Below the pieces are notes generated by a model that was not told where the DNA came from, made no database searches, and worked only from the letters and a program-made list of their open reading frames with translations. The position numbers and the translations under genes were made by a program. A DNA stretch of 64,000 nt from an uncultured Verrucomicrobiota bacterium (GTDB taxonomy: Bacteria > Verrucomicrobiota > Verrucomicrobiia > Limisphaerales > UBA1319). The stretch lies in the NCBI GenBank assembly GCA_903845125.1, contig CAIMWS010000344.1, positions 24,290 to 88,289 on the forward strand, written 5' to 3'. Below are positions 18,068 through 28,406 of this stretch, piece by piece (positions within the stretch are counted from its first letter, which is position 1; each line of letters begins with the position of its first letter).

Positions 18068-18081
18068 CCCTGAGACGTCAT

Positions 18082-18483
18082 ATGTCGCAAGCGAACAAGG
18101 ATCTGGTCCGGCGTTATTACGCCGAGGCGATGAGCGGCTTGGCGGGGATTGACCAAGTCGTCAGCGCCGGTTTCGTGGATCATCATTTCCCGCCCGGCCT
18201 GCCCCCCGGCCCGGCCGGCGTGCGCCAGTTTTTCACGGGCATCCTCGGCGGTGTTTTCAGCGACATGAAGATCGAATTCGATTTTCTGCTCGCCGAAGGC
18301 GACAAGGTGGATTGCCACTTTGCCCTCCTGGCCAGGCACACCGGCGAGTTCGCCGGCTATAAGCCCAAGGGCAACCCGATCCGCTGCCCCGCCATCAGCA
18401 CCTTCCGCGTGGAAAACGGCAAGCTGGCCGAGGCTTGGGAAATCTTCGACAGCGGCGGCCTCTTCAAGCAGATGGAAGCTTGA
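18082..18483 (+). CDS. SnoaL-like / predicted ester cyclase family protein
   Basis: ATG 18082 lies 14 nt after the previous stop. MSQANKDLVRRYYAEAMSG...FVDHHFP...FRVENGKLAEAWEIFD is typical of NTF2-fold SnoaL-like proteins. The upstream part of track ORF 17791 overlaps the previous gene out of frame. Confidence 0.7.
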   Translation: MSQANKDLVRRYYAEAMSGLAGIDQVVSAGFVDHHFPPGLPPGPAGVRQFFTGILGGVFSDMKIEFDFLLAEGDKVDCHFALLARHTGEFAGYKPKGNPIRCPAISTFRVENGKLAEAWEIFDSGGLFKQMEA

Positions 18484-18535
18484 GGCCCGGACCCCATAAC
18501 TTGGATTACTGACGGCCATTCAAAACCCTCACCGC

Positions 18536-18562
18536 GCGCGGAGCCACCGGGTGGCTCCGCGC
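18536..18562. other. perfect 12-bp-stem hairpin/palindrome in the SnoaL-gldA spacer
   Basis: GCGCGGAGCCAC cgg GTGGCTCCGCGC. No T-tract follows on either strand. Confidence 0.8.
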
Positions 18563-18611
18563 CTGGTGGCGGTGCCCGATCAACCTGAACTCTTCTGGAA
18601 AAAACTCGTTT

Positions 18612-19724
18612 ATGAATCTGACTTTTATCGCGCCCCGAAAATATGTGCAGGGCCGCAATTTGCTGAGCGAAGCCGGCGCCTTGATCAAGCTCGTCGGCAA
18701 AAAACCGATCGTCCTGTGGGATGCCCGCGTCAAGAGCATCCTCGGCGAACGTTTCCTGGCCAGCCTCAAAGAGGCTGCCTTGGAAATCTCCGACGTCGAT
18801 TTCCGCGGCGACTCCACCAAGGCCGAGGCAGCCCGGGTGGCGCAAATCGCCAGGGACCGCGGCGCGGATGTCATTGTGGGCCTCGGTGGCGGCAAGACGC
18901 TGGATACCGCCAAGGCGGCCGCGGCCGCCACGGGTCTCAAAATGGTTTCCTGCCCCACGGTGGCCTCCACGGACTCCCCCACCAGTTCCTACACCGTCTG
19001 GTATGACGAAAAAGGGGCCTGCCTCGGATTCGAGAGTTGGGGTGTCAATCCCGACCTCGTGCTGGTGGACAGCCAGGTGATCGCCGAGGCGCCCGTCCGT
19101 TCCTTTGTGGCGGGCATGGGCGACGCTTTATCAACCTGGGTGGAGGCGGAGGTGGTCCAATCCACCTGCGGCCCCAACCTCGCGGGCGGCCGTTCCACGC
19201 TGGTGGCCATGGCCATCGCCCGCCTGGGCTACGACACGCTGATGGAATACGGGATCGAAGCCCGGCGTTCCGTCGAGCGAAAGCTGGTAACCCACGCCGT
19301 CGAGAAAGTCATCGAGGCCAACATCCTGATGTCCGGCCTGGGCTTTGAAAGCTGTGGGGTGGCCACCGCGCACATGATTGCCAATTGCCTGCCCGGATTC
19401 CCCGAATGCCACGGCCTCATGCACGGCGAGGAGGTCGCTTTCGGCATAATCAGCCAGTTCTGCCTCGATGAGACCATGCCCACCGAGGAAATGTACCGGA
19501 TCGTGGATTTCATGATCGCGGTCGGCCTGCCGGTGACCTTTGCCGAGATCGGCCTGGCGGGCGTGGCGCGGGAGCGCCTCAAGACGGTGGGCGACACCTG
19601 TGCCGGCCCTGGTTCCCTGTGCTCAAATCACCCCTTCAAGGTGACCTCGGAAATGATCGTCGATGCCATGATCGCCGCGGACGCCCTGGGCCAGGAACGC
19701 AAAAAGCGGATGGCCGCCGCGTAA
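18612..19724 (+). CDS. gldA: glycerol dehydrogenase (iron-containing alcohol dehydrogenase family)
   Basis: 370 aa. Typical GldA features are APRKYVQGRN, GLGGGKTLDTAKA, VPTVASTDSPTS-like CPTVASTDSPTS, and metal-ligand His residues in ATAHMIAN...HGEEVAFG. Confidence 0.85.
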   Translation: MNLTFIAPRKYVQGRNLLSEAGALIKLVGKKPIVLWDARVKSILGERFLASLKEAALEISDVDFRGDSTKAEAARVAQIARDRGADVIVGLGGGKTLDTAKAAAAATGLKMVSCPTVASTDSPTSSYTVWYDEKGACLGFESWGVNPDLVLVDSQVIAEAPVRSFVAGMGDALSTWVEAEVVQSTCGPNLAGGRSTLVAMAIARLGYDTLMEYGIEARRSVERKLVTHAVEKVIEANILMSGLGFESCGVATAHMIANCLPGFPECHGLMHGEEVAFGIISQFCLDETMPTEEMYRIVDFMIAVGLPVTFAEIGLAGVARERLKTVGDTCAGPGSLCSNHPFKVTSEMIVDAMIAADALGQERKKRMAAA

Positions 19725-19972
19725 CCACTGAAGTGAGCGGACGGATTGGGGGGGTGATCTCGCCGGTCACCCACTCATCCGCCCAGGGACCCCTCTGCTG
19801 GCAGGGCGGCTCTCCGCTGCCCGCCGCTATACCTTCTGGAAATCCTCCACCGGCCCTCCGCCGAGTGAGGGGCGCGGCGCGCCAATAGTTTCTGGTGGCG
19901 CAAATGATAAACCAGCCGCCCGGCACCTTCCCTTGGCTTGCCATGGGCCGGTGGGGCCTTCATCATCCCGGG

Positions 19973-22900
19973 ATGAATAAAGCGAATTTCCGATCCAGGG
20001 TTTGGGTGCTGGCGGGCGTGGCCGTGTGGGGTTGGCTGGGCTGGGCGGAGGCCGCCCGGGGCGCCATCGAACTGATCGCGGATTACCGGCTCGGGGCCGG
20101 GATGCCGCAGGTGACCTATGCGGGTGGGCCGGAGATCCTGCGGGATGCAACCGGCAAGGGCCAGGAGCTGCGGCGGGAGGGCAATCCGCGTTTCCTGGCT
20201 TCGGCCCCGGCGGCGTCCTTTGCCCGGGGGATGGGCGCGTTGGAGTTCGATGGCGAACACGCTGCCTACGTGAGGAAAGGGGCGCTGTTCGGTGCCCACG
20301 ACCGGTTTGGCTTGGAGGTCTGGGCCCGGGCGGCGGAGCAGTCGGCCCGGGGCTTGAAGGGAATCGTGGCCAACGGCCACGGTGGTCTGGGGTATGTGCT
20401 GGGCCAGATGGGGGATCGCTGGGTGGCCTTCGTGGGCTGCGTGGGCGCGTTCGATCTCGGCCCCGTGATGCCGGGCCAATGGACTCACCTGGCGCTGGTC
20501 AACGACGGGCGGGAACTGGTCGCTTACTTGAACGGCGAGCGGGTGCGGTCGGCGGCCTCGACGCCCTCGGTGGCGCCGCAGTTCCAGATCGGCACCGCGG
20601 CGGGTCCGAACGAGCATTTCAAGGGGCTGGTACACGCCGTACGCGTGTTCACTTTTGCGCCGGGCCGGTTCGACCCGGCGGGAGATTTCCTGCTGGACAA
20701 CGAGGAACGGCTGAAAACCGCGCAGCGGCGGCGGGAGGAGCAGGCGGCCTTCATCAAGCGCCTGGGCCAGCCCCAGCCGGGGCTGATGGTGGTGGGGAAG
20801 CTCGACCCCACCCCCGCCGCGGGGGATTGGCTCATCCGGCCGCCCGGCCAGCCGGTGCGGTTGCAGGTGGAGCCGGCGGCGGACGGGCTGTCCGCGCGGC
20901 TGGCGCTGGGCAATGGGCTGGTGAGCCGCGCATTTTACGCGGGGCCCAACCTGGCCTGCTACAGTTACCGCCAGCTGGGCAACGGGGCGGAGTTCATCCG
21001 CGCGGTGAAGCCGGAGATGCGGATCAAGCTGGACGGGATCTGGTATGAGGTGGGGGGGCTGGTGGGCCAGCCGGAGCGCAGCTACCTGGTGGAGGAATGG
21101 CTCACCGCGATGCGCAGCGCGCCCAATAAATTCCGGTTCACCGGCCTGACCACCGGGCAGCCGGTCGAACGCCACCCGTGGCGGCCCAAGTTCAACGCCC
21201 CGGCACTTCCCTGGCCACCCCGTGGGCTGCGGGTGTCCATGCACTATGCTCCGCCGGAGGCGGCGGATCCCCGGCACCGGCAGCTGCGGCTGACCGTGCA
21301 TTACGAGCTGTATGAGGGCATCCCGGTGCTGTCGAAGGCCTTCACCCTGGAAACGGGGACGGGCAGCCCGGTGGTGGTGGACGAGATTGAGACGGAACTG
21401 CTCGCGGTGCCGCAGGACCAGATCAACAACCTCCATTCCGAAAGTGACTACTCCTTCCACCTCGCCAACCACGCCCCGGACGATTGCCACGCCATGGGCG
21501 ACCATTCCCAGGCCATTCAATGGGATGCCCCGGCCTACCGGGCCGGGCGCACCACCACGGACTGGCGGGTGGACCCCGAGCACGATTCGTGGGCGCACCC
21601 GACGGCCATCGAGGACAAGTTCCTGGGGCACACCTTCCGCAACCTGATGGTCAGCCGGATTCCCTCCGGCCCCGCGGAGCAGGTGGCGGCCGGCCGGCGG
21701 TTTGCCTCGCACATCACCTTCGAGCTGCTCCAGGACAGCAGCGACCGCGAGCGGCGCGCGCTGGGCGTGCGGCGGATGTACCGCACCCTCTGCCCGCAGG
21801 TCAATGAAAGCCTGCTGGCGGCGGGGTCGCCTTCCCATGACGACAGCCTGATCCGGAAACTCCTCGACCAGATGGGCGAGCTGGGCTTGGAGGCCTACAT
21901 CATAACCTGCTGGCCGGGCGTGAGCCACGATAACCTGGACCCGGCTTACGTGGCCAAGTGGAAGGCCCTGGCGGATTATGCCCGGGCCAGGGGCATCATC
22001 ATGAGCGGCTACGAGTTGATGGTGGCTTCGCGCGGGCGCGGCGCGGCGCACGATTGTGTGGATCCGGCGACCGGCAAACCGGGCAGCCCCTTTGGGCAGT
22101 CCCTCTGCCTGGGCACCCAGTGGGCCGACGATTATTTCAGCCGCGTCTGGAAATTCATCGACCAGACCGGGTTTATGAATATCGCCGTCGACGGCCCCTA
22201 CCACGGCTGCCCGTGCGCCGCCACCAACCACCTGCACCACCGGGGCCTGGCGGATTCGCAATGGGTTCAGTGGCAGCGCCAGAAGGCGATGTTTGAGGAG
22301 GAGCAGCGCCGGGGGATGTCCGCCGGGGCGCCCGACTGGTATTTCTGGAACGGGCAGTCCAGCACCAGCCTGGGCTTCCGCGAGGCCAGCGCCAACCTGC
22401 CCCGCGAGCTGGGGCTGCTGCTCTACCGCCAATACATCTATGACGGCACATGGATCAAGCCCCCGACCATGGGCGGCATGGGCCTCGGCCTGATCGGAAC
22501 CTATACGGACGATCCCCGCGCCATGCTCGAGCCGCTGGACCACAACCTCCCCTGGTATGAGCTGAACCTGGTCCAGTTGCTGGGCTCGGGCTGCCAGGTC
22601 AATCTCCGTGCCCACCGCCTTTACGACACCGAACGCACCCGGCAGATGGTGGCGAAATGGCTGGCGTGGTACAAGCGCTACCGGCCCATCCTCACCTCGG
22701 ACATCATCCATGTGCGGCGGCCTGACGGCCGGGATATCGACTGCCTCATGCACGCCAATTCGCAGCTGCCGGAGAAAGGGCTGGTATTGTTCTTCAATCC
22801 CCTGGGTGAAACCATCACCCGCACCGTGCGCCTGCCCCTGTATTACACCGGCTTGGGGGCCACGGCGTGGATCCGGGAACAGGAGGGCGTCCCCCAGCGC

Positions 22901-22993
22901 TACGAATTGGACCGGGAATACCACGTGGCGCTGACCGTCACGCTGCCGCCCCGCGGAGTGACCTGGTTTGTGGTCACCGGCGAGGAAAAGTGA
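19973..22993 (+). CDS. secreted LamG/concanavalin-like lectin domain protein with large C-terminal putative glycosidase-like region
   Basis: ATG 19973 gives MNKANFRSRVWVLAGVAVWGWLGWAEA. The LamG-like segment is ...GQWTHLALVNDGRELVAYLNGERV...FKGLVHAVRVF. The C-terminal ~600 aa has sensible composition but I do not recognise it precisely. The 1085-aa antisense ORF is a shadow. Confidence 0.7.
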   Translation: MNKANFRSRVWVLAGVAVWGWLGWAEAARGAIELIADYRLGAGMPQVTYAGGPEILRDATGKGQELRREGNPRFLASAPAASFARGMGALEFDGEHAAYVRKGALFGAHDRFGLEVWARAAEQSARGLKGIVANGHGGLGYVLGQMGDRWVAFVGCVGAFDLGPVMPGQWTHLALVNDGRELVAYLNGERVRSAASTPSVAPQFQIGTAAGPNEHFKGLVHAVRVFTFAPGRFDPAGDFLLDNEERLKTAQRRREEQAAFIKRLGQPQPGLMVVGKLDPTPAAGDWLIRPPGQPVRLQVEPAADGLSARLALGNGLVSRAFYAGPNLACYSYRQLGNGAEFIRAVKPEMRIKLDGIWYEVGGLVGQPERSYLVEEWLTAMRSAPNKFRFTGLTTGQPVERHPWRPKFNAPALPWPPRGLRVSMHYAPPEAADPRHRQLRLTVHYELYEGIPVLSKAFTLETGTGSPVVVDEIETELLAVPQDQINNLHSESDYSFHLANHAPDDCHAMGDHSQAIQWDAPAYRAGRTTTDWRVDPEHDSWAHPTAIEDKFLGHTFRNLMVSRIPSGPAEQVAAGRRFASHITFELLQDSSDRERRALGVRRMYRTLCPQVNESLLAAGSPSHDDSLIRKLLDQMGELGLEAYIITCWPGVSHDNLDPAYVAKWKALADYARARGIIMSGYELMVASRGRGAAHDCVDPATGKPGSPFGQSLCLGTQWADDYFSRVWKFIDQTGFMNIAVDGPYHGCPCAATNHLHHRGLADSQWVQWQRQKAMFEEEQRRGMSAGAPDWYFWNGQSSTSLGFREASANLPRELGLLLYRQYIYDGTWIKPPTMGGMGLGLIGTYTDDPRAMLEPLDHNLPWYELNLVQLLGSGCQVNLRAHRLYDTERTRQMVAKWLAWYKRYRPILTSDIIHVRRPDGRDIDCLMHANSQLPEKGLVLFFNPLGETITRTVRLPLYYTGLGATAWIREQEGVPQRYELDREYHVALTVTLPPRGVTWFVVTGEEK

Positions 22994-23175
22994 AAGGGCG
23001 CGCCGGCCGGGCGGTCCGCTGCCCGCCGGCAAACCGTTCGGAAATTCAACGGCGGGGCTCCCGGGAGCGAGCGCCCTGCCCGCCGCAGGCCATCGGCTGC
23101 CCGCACCCCGGGGTCGCCATCAGGCCGATCCGCAGCTTGACAAACACCCTCCACCCCGGTAGGCATTTCCCGCTC

Positions 23176-23199
23176 GATCATAAACAATCGTTTATAATC
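23176..23199. promoter_or_regulatory. imperfect 24-bp palindrome (core ATAAAC-N4-GTTTAT) overlapping a TATAAT box; candidate TetR operator/promoter
   Basis: gatcATAAACaatcGTTTATaatc lies 12-35 nt upstream of the TetR ATG (23211). TATAAT is at 23193-23198. Confidence 0.4.
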
Positions 23200-23210
23200 A
23201 GGCGTATAAC

Positions 23211-23900
23211 ATGAAACGCGCGAGGAAATACAAGGATGCGGAGGAACGCAAGGCCCGCTTGCTGAAAACCGCGGCGGGATGCTTCGCGCGCCACGGTTAT
23301 GAGAAGGCCGGTTTGCGCGAGATTTGCGCCAAGGCCGGAGCGAACCTCGCCGCCATCAAATATTATTTCACGAACAAGCGGGGGCTTTACCGGGAGGTGT
23401 TGATTTCGTCCCACAGCCAGATGATCGAAAACGAGGCCATGCCGATGCCGGTCCCGGGGCAAACGGCGGCGGAAGCTTTGCGCCAGTGGGTGCATTTTTT
23501 CCTGCGCGCCTTTGTTTTTAAGCAGACCAAACGCCCCCAACTGGCGCTCATCATCGCCCGGGAAATGATCCAGCCGACTTCCTTCCTGGGCGAATTGGTG
23601 ACCCTGTTCATCCGGCCCATCCGGGACCGGGTTCTGGACATTGTGACGGCCCTGACCGGCCCGGAGCTCCCGGCCGAGCTGCGCCAAATCCTCTGCCATA
23701 ACGTGATTGGCGCCTGCCTTCACTATGATCACGCTCATCTGGTCCTGGAGCGCCTCGGCTTCAAGCGGCCCAACGGGCCTGGAGAAGTGGCCCGGCTGGC
23801 TGATCTCCTGGCCGATTTCATCCTGGGCGGCATCCGGCATTGCGTGGCGGCTCGCGCCCAGCCTTGCGAAACGCCGCGCCGGCGCCAGGAAACTTGGTGA
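23211..23900 (+). CDS. TetR/AcrR-family transcriptional regulator
   Basis: N-terminal HTH is RKARLLKTAAGCFARHGYEKAGLREICAKAGANLAAIKYYFTNKRGLY. It sits directly upstream of the efflux genes. Confidence 0.85.
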   Translation: MKRARKYKDAEERKARLLKTAAGCFARHGYEKAGLREICAKAGANLAAIKYYFTNKRGLYREVLISSHSQMIENEAMPMPVPGQTAAEALRQWVHFFLRAFVFKQTKRPQLALIIAREMIQPTSFLGELVTLFIRPIRDRVLDIVTALTGPELPAELRQILCHNVIGACLHYDHAHLVLERLGFKRPNGPGEVARLADLLADFILGGIRHCVAARAQPCETPRRRQETW

Positions 23901-23921
23901 TCTGAAGCCCGATAGTTGCTT

Positions 23922-25025
23922 ATGAAAACCGTGCAAAAACTGATTCCCGCCGCGGGCGGCCTGGTGGCCATCGCGGCCATCGCTGCGGTCGCCGCGTTCG
24001 CCTCCACCAGCCAAAAAGCTCCGCCGGCGGCCGCCACACCCCCGCCGGCAGACGCTCCGGCCACGGTGGTCCTGGCGCCGGTGGAGGAACGCAATATCCC
24101 CAACTACCTGTTGCTGACCGGGGAACTTAAAGCGGACCAGGAATCCTTGGTGGCGGCGGATGCGGCGGGAAAAGTGACGGCCTGCCCCATCGAACGGGGC
24201 GCCAAGGTGGCCAGGGGCGACACGCTCGTCCAGTTGGACAACCGGGCGGCGCAGCTCGCTTTGCGGGAGGCGGAGGCGATGGTGGAATTGGCCAAAGCCC
24301 GCTCGGAACTCGCGCGGGGGGATCGGGACCGCAACGAACCCCTGGTCAAGACCAAAGCGATTGCCGAGGCTGATTTCCAGCGTTTCCATGCCGAGTCGCA
24401 GGCGCGCCAGGCGGACCTCCAGGCGGCCCTGGTGCGGCTGGATGCCGCCCGCAAAAACCTGGGGGATATGACGATCACCGCCCCTTTTTCCGGGATCATC
24501 TCCGAACGGTTGGTGCAGGTGGGGGAATATGTGCGGCTGGAGACCGGCGTCGCGCGCCTGGTGGCCATGGACCATTTGCGGCTGGAGTTGCATGTGCCGG
24601 AGCCGGTGGTGGCCAGGGTGGCCGCGGGCCGCCCGGTCGCCTTTGGCGTCAGCGCCCATCCGGAGACCGATTTTTCCGGAAAAATCAAACATGTCGGCGC
24701 CGCCGTCCGCGAGGCCTCGCGGGATCTCGTGATTGAAGCGGAAGTGGACAATCGCGACCTCCGGCTGCGCCCCGGCATGTTTGCCTCCGCCCGGCTCCTG
24801 CTGGAGGATGCCCCGGGGCTGGCAGTCCCCAAATCCGCCCTGCGCCGGGACGATGCCGCGTGCAAAGTGCTGGTCGTTCAAAACGGGCGTCTGGCGGAGC
24901 GGTTGGTGGACGTCGGGGAAATGGCCGGGGATTGGGTGCACATCCGGCATGGTCTGGCCAAGGGCGAAAAAGTGGTTCTCAATCCCTCCCGGGAGTTGAA
25001 AAACGGCCGGCCGGTGCAGCTGTAA
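23922..25025 (+). CDS. RND efflux periplasmic adaptor (membrane fusion protein, HlyD family)
   Basis: ATG 23922 (track start 23916 is TTG). It has an N-terminal anchor, a lipoyl-like hairpin (VKADQESLVAADAAGKV...GDTLVQLD), a coiled coil and a beta-barrel (ITAPFSGIISERLVQVGEYV). Confidence 0.85.
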   Translation: MKTVQKLIPAAGGLVAIAAIAAVAAFASTSQKAPPAAATPPPADAPATVVLAPVEERNIPNYLLLTGELKADQESLVAADAAGKVTACPIERGAKVARGDTLVQLDNRAAQLALREAEAMVELAKARSELARGDRDRNEPLVKTKAIAEADFQRFHAESQARQADLQAALVRLDAARKNLGDMTITAPFSGIISERLVQVGEYVRLETGVARLVAMDHLRLELHVPEPVVARVAAGRPVAFGVSAHPETDFSGKIKHVGAAVREASRDLVIEAEVDNRDLRLRPGMFASARLLLEDAPGLAVPKSALRRDDAACKVLVVQNGRLAERLVDVGEMAGDWVHIRHGLAKGEKVVLNPSRELKNGRPVQL

Positions 25026-25044
25026 GGGAAGGGATCATAAGCCT

Positions 25045-28000
25045 ATGCAATGGCTCGCCGCAGTATGTGTCAAAAGGCCGGTGTTCGCCTCGGTGATCGT
25101 GCTGGTGTTCGTGGTGATCGGCCTGGCTGGCTATTCCCGGCTCTCCGTGGACCGTTTTCCCAAGGTGGATTTCCCCAACGTTTCGGTGCTCACGCGCCTG
25201 GCCGGGGCCACGCCGAAGGAAATCGAGGCGGAGGTGACGGATAAGATCGAGGAAGCGGTCAACACCATAGCCGGCATCGACGATTTGCGATCGTTCTCCA
25301 GCGAGGGCATCTCGCAGATCATTGTTTCGTTCGTGCTGGATAAAAACATCGATGTGGCGGCCCAGGAAGTGCGCGACCGCGTGAACCGGGTTTTGTCCCA
25401 GCTGCCCAAAGGCATCGACCAGCCGATTGTCGAAAAGCTGGACCCGGATTCGTCCCCGGTCTTGAACCTGGCCCTGGTGGCCGACCGGCCGGTGCGGGAA
25501 ATCACGGAGTATGCGGACAAGGTGTTGCGGCGGCAGATCGAAGGGGTCCCCGGTGTGGGCCAGGTCACGCTGTTGGGCGGGCGCAAGCGGCAGATCAACG
25601 TCTGGCTCGATCCGATCCGGCTGCAGGCCTTCGGCTTGACCGGGGTGGATGTGCAGCGCGCCTTCGCGCAGCAGAACGTGCAGATCCCCAGCGGCTCGAT
25701 CAAGAACGATGCCAACGAACGCAACCTGCGGGTGCGCGGCAAGGCCGAATCCATCGAGGAAATCGCCCGGTTGGTGGTGCGGCGGCAAAACAACCGGCTG
25801 ATCCGGGTGGAAGATGTGGCCCGCGTGGAGGACGGGGAGCAGGAGGCCGATTCGGTGGCCCGGAAAAACGGGGTGAGCACGGTCCTGCTCTCGATCCGGC
25901 GCCAGTCGGGCGAAAACACCATCACCGTGGTGGACGCCATCAAAGACCGCGTCGAAAGCATCCAGAAGCTGCTGCCGGAGGGCTACCGGGTCGACGTGGT
26001 CCGGGATAATTCGCTGGTCATCCGCACCAGCACCGGCGTGGTCAAGGAGCACCTCCTGCTCGGTGCCTTGCTGGCCGCGCTGGTCGTGTTGCTGTTCCTG
26101 GGCAACAGCCGCGCCACGATCATCTCCGCCCTGGCCATCCCCACCTCCATCATTTCCAGCTTCGGCATCATGTGGGTGGCCAATCTCACCTTGAACGAGA
26201 TCAGCCTGCTGGCGCTGGCGCTGGCGGTGGGCATCGTGATCGATGACGCCATCATCGTGGTGGAGAACATCTTCAAGCACGTCGAGGAACACGGCGAGGA
26301 GCCCCACGCGGCGGCGGTGATCGGCACCCAGGAGATCGGCATGGCGGTCATGGCCTCGACCTTGTCGTTGATCGCCGTCTTCCTGCCGGTGGCCTTCCTG
26401 GGCGGCATCGTGGGCATGTTCCTGAAAAGCTTCGGGCTGACGATGTCTTTTTCCATTGCCGTTTCCCTGCTGGTCAGTTTCACCCTGGCGCCTTCGCTGG
26501 CGGCGCGGCTGTTCAAAGCCGGTGGGCGGGCGGGCCTGGACCAGCGCCTGGAGCACCTGGTGAACCTGTTTTACCGCCCGCTGGAGCGCGGCTATATCTG
26601 GCTGCTCCAACGTGCGCTGCACCACCGCTGGGTGGTGGTCCTGGGCTCCCTGGCCGCCATGTTTTCCTGCGGGCCCTTGATGAAATCGGTCGGCAAAGAC
26701 TTCCTGCCCCCCAACGAGGAGGCCCAATTCCTGGTCAGCGTGCGCGCCCCGGAGGGAACCAGCCTAGCGAGTACCGACCTGCTGGCCGGGCAAATTGCGC
26801 AGGAAGTACGCCGCTTGCCGGAAGTCGAATACACCCTGGTGACCATCGGGGACAACGACCAGCGCACGCCCAACCTGGCCACCGTTTACGTCCGGCTGTG
26901 CGATCCCTCCCGCCGGAAGAAAGGCCAGGTCAGGATCATGGACCAGGTCCGGCGCGAGCTGCTCCCGCAACTGCCGCCCGAGCTGCGGGTGAGCGTGCAG
27001 GAGGTTCCGCCCTTCAACACCGGCATGGCCAGTTCCACGATGCAATATGTCATCGCCGGCCCCAGCCTGGAGCGGCTCACCGAGGTGGCCGCGGCCGCCA
27101 CCCGCGAGATGAAAAACCTGCCTGGCATCCGGGATGTCGATTCGGATTTGATCACCGGCAAACCGGAAATCACCGTGACCGCCGACCGCAGCAAAGCTGG
27201 GCAGATGGGGATCAGCATCGCGGATCTGTCGAATACGCTGCGGTTGCTGGTGGGCGGCCTGGAAGTCTCGACCTACGAGGAGGGCGGGGAGCAATACGAC
27301 ATCCGGCTCCGCGCCGGTGAAAAATTCCGCAACGATCCGCAGGCGTTGAGCCTGGTGTCGGTTCCCGCGCCGGCCGCGGTGCCGGTCTCCTTGATGAACG
27401 TCGTGCACCTGGGGGCCCAGGAGGGCCCCGCCCAGATCAACCGGCTCAACCGGCGGCGCCAGGTGACCTTGCTGGCCAACACCGCGCCCGGCTTCAGCGA
27501 GCAGGCCGTCCTGGACGGCGTGGAGGAAATCGTGAAAAAACAGCAGCTATCCTCCGAGTATTTCGCCGGCCCCACCGGCCGCAGCAAGGAGATGAAACAG
27601 GTCGTCTCGCGCTTTATCACCGCCTTCCTGCTTGCCTTTGTGTTCATGTACCTGATCCTCGCCGCCCAGTTTGAATCCTGGCTGCATCCGGCCACCATCC
27701 TGCTGGCGCTGCCGCTGACGCTCCCCTTCGCTCTGCTGGGATTGATCCTGATGGGGCAGTCCTTCAACATCTTTTCCGCGCTGGGGATCCTGGTGCTGTT
27801 CGGGGTGGTGAAAAAGAACGGCATCCTCCAGATCGACCACATGAACCAGTTGCGGGAGCGCGGGGTGCCGCGCGAGGAGGCCATTCTGACCGCCAACCGG
27901 GACCGCTTGCGCCCCATCCTGATGACCACGGGCGCCTTTGTGGCGGGCATGATCCCTATGATGATGGCCTCCGGCGTTGGCAGCGCCTTCCATAACGCGG

Positions 28001-28176
28001 CGGCCGGGGTCGTGGTGGGGGGCCAGACGCTCTCCCTGCTCCTGACCTTGCTGGCCATCCCGGTGTTTTACTCCTTGTTTGACGACGCCATCGCGTGGGT
28101 CCGCTCCGCCCGCTCGAAATCTACGGCCGCGGTGGAGCCTGGCCTCCCTCCGGTTGCCAAGCCGCAGCCTCAATAA
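25045..28176 (+). CDS. RND efflux permease (AcrB/HAE family)
   Basis: 1043 aa. The start MQWLAAVCVKRPVFASVIVLVFVVIGLAGY is typical, with twelve-TM/two-large-loop organisation and VGIVIDDAIIVVENI. Confidence 0.9.
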   Translation: MQWLAAVCVKRPVFASVIVLVFVVIGLAGYSRLSVDRFPKVDFPNVSVLTRLAGATPKEIEAEVTDKIEEAVNTIAGIDDLRSFSSEGISQIIVSFVLDKNIDVAAQEVRDRVNRVLSQLPKGIDQPIVEKLDPDSSPVLNLALVADRPVREITEYADKVLRRQIEGVPGVGQVTLLGGRKRQINVWLDPIRLQAFGLTGVDVQRAFAQQNVQIPSGSIKNDANERNLRVRGKAESIEEIARLVVRRQNNRLIRVEDVARVEDGEQEADSVARKNGVSTVLLSIRRQSGENTITVVDAIKDRVESIQKLLPEGYRVDVVRDNSLVIRTSTGVVKEHLLLGALLAALVVLLFLGNSRATIISALAIPTSIISSFGIMWVANLTLNEISLLALALAVGIVIDDAIIVVENIFKHVEEHGEEPHAAAVIGTQEIGMAVMASTLSLIAVFLPVAFLGGIVGMFLKSFGLTMSFSIAVSLLVSFTLAPSLAARLFKAGGRAGLDQRLEHLVNLFYRPLERGYIWLLQRALHHRWVVVLGSLAAMFSCGPLMKSVGKDFLPPNEEAQFLVSVRAPEGTSLASTDLLAGQIAQEVRRLPEVEYTLVTIGDNDQRTPNLATVYVRLCDPSRRKKGQVRIMDQVRRELLPQLPPELRVSVQEVPPFNTGMASSTMQYVIAGPSLERLTEVAAAATREMKNLPGIRDVDSDLITGKPEITVTADRSKAGQMGISIADLSNTLRLLVGGLEVSTYEEGGEQYDIRLRAGEKFRNDPQALSLVSVPAPAAVPVSLMNVVHLGAQEGPAQINRLNRRRQVTLLANTAPGFSEQAVLDGVEEIVKKQQLSSEYFAGPTGRSKEMKQVVSRFITAFLLAFVFMYLILAAQFESWLHPATILLALPLTLPFALLGLILMGQSFNIFSALGILVLFGVVKKNGILQIDHMNQLRERGVPREEAILTANRDRLRPILMTTGAFVAGMIPMMMASGVGSAFHNAAAGVVVGGQTLSLLLTLLAIPVFYSLFDDAIAWVRSARSKSTAAVEPGLPPVAKPQPQ

Positions 28177-28406
28177 TTGAACAGATCCGTGAGGGCATAG
28201 TTGCGGCTGGTGGCGCGGTTCAAGGCGGCGAGGATCTTGTCCTGCACCCGCGGCGTCAACCGCCGGCCTTTCCAGGCGCGCGACACCATTTTGTGGGTGA
28301 TCTGATCGGTGGAAGCCGCCACCAGATCGTGCGGTTTCAAGTGGAGCTCCTGCAGGATGGCCGCCAGCGGCTGCTCACCCAGGTTGCGTTCGATATCGTT
28401 ATCCAT
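28170..28406 (-). CDS. small conserved-looking hypothetical protein (78 aa)
   Basis: ATG 28406 gives MDNDIERNLGEQPLAAILQELHLKPHDLVAASTDQITHKMVSRAWKGRRLTPRVQDKILAALNRA.... Composition is balanced and helix-turn-helix-like. Its 3' end overlaps the RND stop convergently by 7 nt. Confidence 0.5.
   Translation of the reverse strand: MDNDIERNLGEQPLAAILQELHLKPHDLVAASTDQITHKMVSRAWKGRRLTPRVQDKILAALNRATSRNYALTDLFNY

Noticed and set aside
19775-23032. 1085-aa ORF on the minus strand, the longest ORF in the window
   Set aside because: It lies antisense to the LamG-domain gene. Its translation is R/G/P/H-rich low-information sequence with no recognisable motif, typical of GC-driven shadow ORFs. The plus-strand product has a signal peptide and a LamG-like domain.
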